Shown here piece by piece: positions 28,459-37,400 of a DNA stretch of 64,000 nt (position 1 is its first letter; each line of letters begins with the position of its first letter). A program made the position numbers and the translations under genes. The notes beneath the pieces were generated by a model, which was not told the DNA's origin, made no database searches, and saw only the letters and a program-made list of their open reading frames with translations. The DNA comes from Candidatus Spongiisociaceae bacterium (lineage in GTDB: Bacteria > Actinomycetota > Acidimicrobiia > Spongiisociales > Spongiisociaceae), in assembly GCA_965202665.1 (NCBI GenBank), contig OZ241841.1, positions 2,144,001-2,208,000 of the forward strand, in the 5' to 3' direction.

Positions 28459-31400
28459 GTTTACGGCTTCTGTGTTTGGTAGGTTGCTTCTTGCCTCTTT
28501 GGCGGTTGTTGGGTTTCTTGCCCTAATGGCCGGTTCTTCGGCTTTGGCCCAGGAGTTGGGGACGGAGCCAGTTATTAGGTTGAGTATCAGCCCGGGGAGC
28601 GTTACCGAGGGAGAGAATTATTCGCTGATAACGGTAACTGCCTCGTCTGACGTGTCGGTGCCGGAAGATACACGTGTTTCGGTATTTGCTATCGGCCTAA
28701 CCTCCGTCGAGGAATTAGATTTTATATCTTCATCACTAGAATTAGTTATTCCCCAATATAGCAATAGAATCTCTGAACTTTTGCTCTTAGACATCGTTGA
28801 TGATGATGATATTGAAGGAACAGAGATTATAACTGTTGTGGGCATAGCTAGCGGGTTTACGGTTGAAGGCGATGACATTCAGATCATAGATAATGATATT
28901 TCAACATTTAGCTCTTCTACGCCTTTTGCTATTGCTGAATCTCGAAATAATGACTTTTCAACCTCTAGTTCGTCCGACCTCTTTACTTTTTCTGATTCTC
29001 AGAATGATGATGCGGAGATTCCGGTTGCTACCTCCACTACAGAAACAACTCGTACTTTCCCAACTATGAATAAAACTGGATGTTCCGATGGAACATATGT
29101 GACTGATCCTACTATCAATACAGGTTTAGTATCTGACTGCGAAGCCCTGATAGACATAAGAAATCATTGGATCAGTGATCCTGATAATGTCATTTTACCA
29201 ACCAATCATCCCTTGAGAACATGGGGAGGGAACATTCGTAATTGGAAGGGTGTTACAATTAATGCAAAGCAACGTGTAATAGGTTTATCATTCCGAGGGA
29301 CTTGGGGCCTGCGATTCGATTTTAGAAGGAGTGACAGTAAGAAAAATATTGCGGGTACAATACCTCCTGATATTGGCCGACTGACCGAACTAGTGAAACT
29401 GATATTACGGCACAATGATTTGTCGGGTTCTATTCCAGACGAGTTGAAAAATCTCTCAAATCTAGAAATTATTGATTTTGAGGGCAATATTCTTACAGGA
29501 TCCATCCCTATCTGGTTGGATGATTTACCAAATATTAGAATTGTACGATTTGGTCTTAATAAATTATCGGGTAATATTCCGCCTTTGGATAATTTGTTAC
29601 AGATAAGAACTCTTAAATTTCATGATAATAAGCTCTCTGGGAACTTGCCTAGCCTAAGCAACCTTGGTACTCTTGCTAACCGGAGTGTTACGCTCGATTT
29701 TAGTCGTAATAATTTTTCAGGATATATACCAACTAACTGGGGTAACTTAGATATAAATGAATTACTTTTGAGTGGCAACAATTTGTCGGGGACTATCCCT
29801 TCTCAATTTCGTAACTTAGATAAACTAACGACTTTAGCACTACAAAGAAATAATCTTTCGGGTCCTATTCCTAATTGGTTAGGTAATTTACCACTCCACC
29901 ATATTGATCTTTCTCGTAATCAATTTTCTGGGAATATTCCTTCCTCTTTTGCCAGCTTAAATGATCTTAGAGTTTTGTCCCTTCATTATAATAATTTGTC
30001 TGGTGTTATTCCTTCGGGGCTTGGCAAATTAAAAAAATTGGCCCAATTGTCCTTGGGATCAAATCAATTTTCTGGGAATATTCCTTCCTCTTTTGCCAGC
30101 TTGAGTAATATTTTAGGTTTGTTCCTTAATAATAATAATTTGTCTGGTGTTATTCCTTCGGGGCTTGGCAAATTAAGCAATTTGATGTATTTGTCCTTAG
30201 AAGAAAATAATTTGTTTGGTGTTATTCCTTCAGGGCTTGGCGAATTAAATTTATGGACTTTGTCCTTAAATGAAAATTTCTTATATGGAACTATTCCTCC
30301 AGAGCTTGGTAATTTAGCACCTACAAAAGGTGGCAATTTATGGGCCTTTGATTTTTGCAGAAACTATTTTTCAGGATTGTTCCCAGATCCGTTACGTCTT
30401 ATTGCCAAATTAGATGGTGAAAGAGGTCAACAAGGTGATGCTGTTGACTGTCAAAGGGAGTTTGATATTACGTTGGACGTCGGTTCGTCTAATGTAAGTG
30501 AGGGTAGTTCTGCTGTGGTTACGGTGTCCGCTTTATTGAAATCTGGGCAGGTTGCTCCGGCGGGGGGTCGCTCGATTGCGGTTTCGGTTGGAAGATTGGG
30601 GGATTCGGCGACAGAGGGAACCGATTATACGGAAGTGGAGGATTTCACTATCACGATTGCGGCGGGCGCCTCGCGGGGGTCCGGGTCGTTTACTTTGTCG
30701 GCGGCGGATGACGATGTAGCGGAGGGTTCAGAACGGGTGACGGTGTTGGGATCCTCGGGAACGTTGGCCGTTAGGGAGGCGGAGGTTTTCATCAATGATA
30801 ATGATGTTGCCCCTACTGCCATAGTTTTGAGCGTAGATGCCAACGGGGATGGGGAAGGCGCTCCCACTGCGGTACTGGAAGGCTCCATTGACAACACGGT
30901 TAAAGTTACGGCGGCTTTCCCAGAAGGGTCCAAGTTGTTGCCGGAGGATACGGTGGTGTCGGTGTCGGTGTCGGGGGACGGGGGGGCCGGGCGGGCGGAG
31001 GCTGATGATTTCACGGCGGTGGATGATTTTGATGTAACAATCGCCGCCGGGCAGACGAGCGGATCCGCAACCTTCAGCCTGGCCGTCGCCGAAGATGAAG
31101 TGGCGGAAGGGACGGAGGCGATAACCGTGTCCGGAATCACCGACGCCGACGGGTTTGAGACCGTCACCGGGGCGGAGGTTTCCATAACCGACAACGACGC
31201 CGGACCGACCTCCATCACCCTCAGCGTGGACGCCAACGGGGACAAAGCGGGCGCCCCGACCACGGTGGCCGAAGGGGCGAAGGCGGCCACGGTGTCGGTC
31301 ACCGCGTCTTTCCCGGAGGGCTCCAAGATGTTTGAGGAGGACACGGCGGTGACGGTGGCGGTGGGCAAGGAGGGGGATGCGGCGGTGGAAGGTTCCGACT

Positions 31401-34400
31401 ACAGAACGGTACGTGACTTTACGATAACCATTCCCGGCGGGAGCAGAACCGGTTCGGCCTCCTTCCGGTTGAGGGGGACCGATGACGGGGTGGCGGGGGA
31501 AAGCGACGAAAGCCTGACCGTGTCCGGCCTGGCAACCGGCTTCAACGTGTCCGACGCAACTGTTGCCATCACCGACCGGGACGACCCTCCCACCGCCGTC
31601 GGTTTGAGCGTGGACCCGGCCCGCGCTGAAGAAACCAAATCGGATATTTCGGTTACCGTTACCGCCGCTTTCCCGGACGGGTCCAATACTTTGGCCGCCG
31701 ACGCCGCCCTGACCATCTCGGTCGGCGCGGAAGGGGATTTGGCGGCGGAAGGCGCCGACTATGCGGCGGTGGACGATTTCACCGTCGCCATCCCCGCCGG
31801 ACAGAGAAGCGGAACGGGCAAATTCGTCTTGGCGGGCACCGACGACGCAACGGCGGGGGAAGGTTCGGAAACCCTGACCGTATCAGGGGCGGCCAGCGGT
31901 TTCGCCGTGTCGGACGCCTCCTTCACTCTGGCCGACGGCGACGATTCGCCCGCTTCCATCAGTTTGAGCGTCGACCCGGCCAGCCCGGCCGAGCGGGCCT
32001 CCGCGGCCAAAGTTACGGTGACCGCCTCCTTCCCGGAAGGCTCCAGCACCCTGATCAGGGACACGGCGGTGACGGTGTCGGTCGGGGCGCCCAACGACTC
32101 GGCGGTTGCGGGAACCGACTATGCGGCGGTGGACGATTTCACCGTCACCATCCCCGCGGGCCGGTCCAGCGGTTCCAACACGTTCAGTCTGTCGGGGACC
32201 GATGACGATGTGGCCGGGGAAGGTTCGGAGTCCATAACCGTGTCGGGGTCGGCCGCCGGTTTCACCATCTCCGACGCTACGGTGGCCTTAACCGACGGCG
32301 ACGCCGCCCCGCGGACCATCAGCCTCGGCGCGCGTCCCTCCACCCTGGCGGAAAGCAACCGTCCGGCGGTGGTGACGGTGACAGCCGCCTTCCCGTCGGG
32401 GTCGGCCGTTTTGACCTCCGATACGCAGGTGACCGTGTCGGTGGGCGAGGCCGACGACGGAGCCGGCGAAGGAACCGACTATGCGGCGGTGGATGATTTC
32501 ACCGTCACCATCCCCGCGGGCCGGTCCAGCGGTTCCAACTCGTTCAGTTTGTCGGGGTCCGATGATGATGTGGCCGGGGAAGGTTCGGAGTCGATAACGG
32601 TGTCGGGGTCGGCCGCCGGTTTCACCATCTCCGACGCCGGTTTCACCCTCACCGACTCCGACTCCGTTCCCACCGCCATAACCCTCAGCGTCGATGCGGA
32701 GGCGGTTGTGGAAGGAAGCGCCGCCCGAACCGTCGCCGTCGCCGCCTCCTTCCCGGAAGGCTCCGTCCCGTTGGCGGAGGCGGTTTCGGTGGCCGTGACG
32801 GTGGGGGACGGCACCGCCGGGGCGGATGATTACGCCGCTACCCCCGCCGCTTTCAAGGTGACCATCCCCGCCGGCCAAATGCGGGGGACAGGCTCCTTCC
32901 AGCTGACCGTCGACTCCGACGCCGTCAACGGGGAACCGGAGGCCATCTCCATCACCGGAACCCTGGCCGGATATACGATCGCCGGCGCAACAGTGGACAT
33001 AGTGGAACGGTTGGCCGCCTTGGACGCCGCCCATTGCGGGGACGGAACCTTCGTGGCCGGCCCCGCTTCCAACGCCGCTTTAGCGGCCGACTGCCGCATC
33101 CTCGTCGAACTGCACCGGCGGTGGAGCGCGGTCGCCGGCAACGCCGACCTGCCCGTCCGCCACCCGTTGCGCACCTGGGGCGTCGGCGGAATCGGCTCCT
33201 GGGGCGGGGTGAGCGCCGCCGGGGGGCGGGTGACCGGGTTGTCGTTGCCCGGCCGGGCCGGAGCCCGCATCGCCGGCAGCCTTCCCGCCGCGCTGGGCGG
33301 CCTGACCGGCTTGACCGTTTTGGATTTGGGGGGCAACGATTTGCAGGGGGCGGCCCCGGGGGAGATCGGCGGGCTGGTCAAACTGACCCGCCTGGACCTG
33401 TCCGGCAACCGGCTGACCGGCCCCATCCCGGACGGCTGGCGCAGCCTGTCCGCCCTCGCCTACATGGACTTGTCCGGCAACCGGCTGACCGGGGAAATCC
33501 CGGAGCGGTTCAGCCAACTGTCCGCCCTCGTCCATATGGATTTGTCCGGCAACGACCTGTCCGGCCCCATACCGACCCGGTTGGGCGACCTGGCCGGCCT
33601 GACCGTTCTGGATTTGGGCGGCAACGGGTTGCGGGGGGCGATCCCCGACCGTTTGGGCCTGTTGCGCCGCATGACCTACCTGGATTTGAGCGGCAACTCC
33701 CTGGCCGGCTCCATCCCGGAGGCGTTGAGCCGGATGGCGGAACTTACCTTGCTGGACCTGTCGGACAACGACCTGTCCGGCGCCTGGCCGGTTCGCTTGG
33801 GCGACCTGGCGGCCCTGGCGGTGCTGGATGTCAGCGGCAACCGGCTGACCGGCGCCCACAACCTCGCTTCGTCGGATTTGACCCGGCTGGCCGCGCTGGA
33901 CCTGTCCGGCAACCGGCTGACCGGTTCGGTCGCCTCCGTCCCGGTCGCCGCCTCCGCATCCTCCGGGGACTTCGCCGTTTCCAGGGCTTTCACCGACCTG
34001 TCGGCGGCGGGTTGCGCCGACGGAACCTTCGTGGCCGACCCCGGCTCCAACGCCGCTTTGGCCGCCGACTGCCGGTGGCTGGTAGCGGCCCGCAACCACT
34101 GGGCGGCCGTTCCCGAAAACGCCTTCCTGCCCTCCGACCACGCCCTGCGTTCCTGGGGCGCGGGACGCATTAATTCTTGGCCGGGGGTGACGGTCGGCAA
34201 CGGGCGGGTGACCAAAGTGTCTTTGCGGGGCGACTACCGCCGCTGGCCGACGCAGCGGAGCGGCATCGCCGGAACCATTCCCGCTTCTTTGCAAAACCTG
34301 TCCGCCCTCACCCATCTGCTGTTGGACGGCAACCAACTGTCCGGGGCCATCCCCGCCTCCATGGGCTACCGGGGGAACCTGCCCGCCCTCACCCGCCTGT

Positions 34401-37400
34401 GGCTGGACGGCAACCAACTGTCCGGGGCCATCCCCGCCTCTTTGGGCAAATTAACCACCCTGCGGCAGCTGACGCTCAGCCGCAACCAGCTGTCCGGCTC
34501 CATACCGACGTTGCTGACCAAGCTGACCGCCCTCACCCATCTGCGGCTGGATCACAATCAGTTGTCGGGGGCGATACCCGTCGAGTTCAAACGGTTGTCG
34601 AATCTGCGGCACCTGCTCCTCAACGACAATAAGATGTCCGGCGGGATACCCCGCCAAATAGGCAACATGAGCGCGCTTACCCGGTTGAATTTGGGCGGCA
34701 ACCTGCTTACCGGCGAAATACCCACCCGGCTGGGCGCGTTGGACAATCTGACCTGGCTGATGTTGGACCGCAACCTGTTGATGGGGCGGGCCCCCCTGTC
34801 CGACCCGGTGGATCCCAAACCCCGGGCCACCCCCGCCCGGTTGGGGGCCCTGTCCAACCTGCGCGTTATGTGGTTGGACGACAACCGGCTGCACGGGCAA
34901 ATACCTTCCCGCTTCGGCGCGCTGAACAACCTGTGGGATTTGGATTTGAGCGGCAACCGGCTGTCCGGTTGGATACCCTCCCGCTTCGGGGCCATGGACA
35001 GTTTGCGCTGGTTGGACATGGGCGGCAACAACCTGTCCGGGGCCTTGCTTCCCGCCCGGCTGGGGGCTTTGAGCAACGCCGAATGGCTGCTGCTGAACGA
35101 CAACGATTTAGTGGGGGAAATCCCCACCCGTTACGGGGCTTTGAACCATCTGCGGTGGTTGCGGTTGGACGGCAACGACCTGTCCGGGGAGATACCCGAC
35201 CGGCTGGGCAGATTGGGCAAACTGCGGTGGTTGCGGTTGGACGGCAACAACCTGAGCGGCCCCATCCCCGCCGGCTTCGCCTCCATGACCGCTTTGGAGG
35301 AGTTGTATTTGCACGACAACATGCTGACCGGCTCCGTCCCCGCCGGGTTGGGGGCCCCGGTTTCCGGTCTGATGGTGGAAGGGGTGACGCAGCCGGGCAA
35401 CGTGGTCGGTTCGGGGGAGGCGGCGGGGGATCCCGCATCCGCCCTGCGCCGGTTGCGGCTGTGCGGCAACAACCTGACCGGCGGCCTGCCCGCCCATCTG
35501 CGCACCGCCCCGGACGGACGGAACGGGCGCTTGAGCCTCATCTGGCTGGACGCGGCGCCCGCCGACCACGCCGACCTGGGCGGATGCCGCCGGGCGGTGG
35601 AGTTGAGCGCCTCGCCGGACAGCGTTACCGAAAGCGACACGACGGTTGCGGTGTCGGTCACCGCCGCCCTGGTCGGATACGGGGAAAGCGGCCAGGCCCC
35701 GTGGATGCGCAACGGGGAAGCGGTCGCTTATGCGGAGCCGCTGTTCGGAGTGAGCGGAACCCGCCAGCCCGCCCTGCCGGATGCGGATACGGCGGTTACG
35801 GTGACGGTGGGGGCGAAAGGGGACGGGGCCTCCTCCGGGGTCGATTACACGGCGGTGGAGGATTTCACGATCACCATCCCGGCGGGCAAAACCAGCGGCA
35901 CGGGCCGGTTCATCCTGGCCGGCTCGGCCGACGACGTAGCCGGGGAAGGGTCGGAGACGGTGACGATAGGCGGGGAGCTGGCCGGAACGGCGGTCACCGG
36001 GGCGACGGTGGCCATCGCGGACGCCGATACGGCCCCCACCAGGCTCGTTTTGACCGTCGACGCCGCCAAAGTAACCGAAGGGAGCGGGACCACCCGGGTG
36101 ACGGTGACCGCCGCTTTCCCGGAAGGTTCGGCGGTGGCGGGACGGGACCTGACGGTTCTGGCGTCGGTCGGGGCGGCGGGGGACACGGCTTCGGAAGGGA
36201 CCGATTACCAGCGGGTGGCCGGCCTGCGGGTGACCATTTCGGCCGGGCAGCGGAGCGGGACGGCCGGGTTCGACTTGGCGGTGGTCGACGACAACCTGGC
36301 GGAAGGCTCCGAGTCGCTGAGCGTGGCCGGGACGCTCGCCGGTTACTCCGTCGCCGGAACTTCCATCGCCATCTCCGACGACGACGTCGCGCCCGTATCT
36401 ATAGCTTTGCAGGCCAACCCGGCCAAGACGGCGGAAAGGGCGGGGGCGGCCAAAGTTACGGTGACGGCGTCCTTCCCCGACGGGTCGGCGTTGATGACTT
36501 CGGATACGGCGGTGACCGTGTCGGTGGGCGCGGCCAATGATTCGGCGGTCTCCGGGACCGACTACGCGGCGGTGGGGAACTTCACGGTAACCATCGGGGC
36601 CGGGCAACGGAGCGGGTCCGCTTCCTTCCGGTTGCTTTCCACGGCCGACGGCGTGGCTGGAGAAGGGTCGGAGTCGTTGTCGGTGTCCGGTGCGGCGGAT
36701 GGGTTTGCGGTGTCGGGGACGAGTGTGTCCATCACCGATGGGGACGCCGTTCCGACTGCCATAGGTTTGAGCGTGAATCCGGCGAAGGCGGGGGAGGGCG
36801 CGGAGGCGACGGCGGTAACGGTGACGGCGGCCTTTGGGGAGGGTTCGGCGGTGCGGGCGGTGGATACGGTGGTGTCGGTGTCGGTGGGGGCGGCTGGTGA
36901 TTCGGCGGTTGCGGGGACGGATTACACCGCGGTGGATGGGTTTAGTGTGACGATTCCGGCGGGGAAGGCGAGCGGTTCGGGCAGTTTCAGTTTGGCGGGG
37001 ACGGATGACGATGTTGCCAGTGAGGGTACCGAAACTTTGTCGGTGTCCGGTGCGGCGGATGGGTTTGCGGTGTCGGGGACGAGCGTGTCCATCACCGATG
37101 GGGACGCCGTTCCGACTGCCATAGGTTTGAGCGTGAATCCGGCGAAGGCGGGGGAGGGCGCGGAGGCGACGGCGGTAACGGTGACGGCGGCCTTTGGGGA
37201 GGGTTCGGCGGTGCGGGCGGTGGATACGGTGGTGTCGGTGTCGGTGGGGGCGGCTGGTGATTCGGCGGTTGCGGGGACGGATTACACCGCGGTGGATGGG
37301 TTTAGTGTGACGATTCCGGCGGGGAAGGTGAGCGGTTCGGGCAGTTTCAGTTTGGCGGGGACGGATGACGATGTTGCCGGTGAGGGTACCGAAACTTTGT

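Noticed and set aside
28441-28460. Two giant genes as one frameshifted gene
   Set aside because: The second ORF begins with its own signal peptide and the first ends at a complete repeat boundary.
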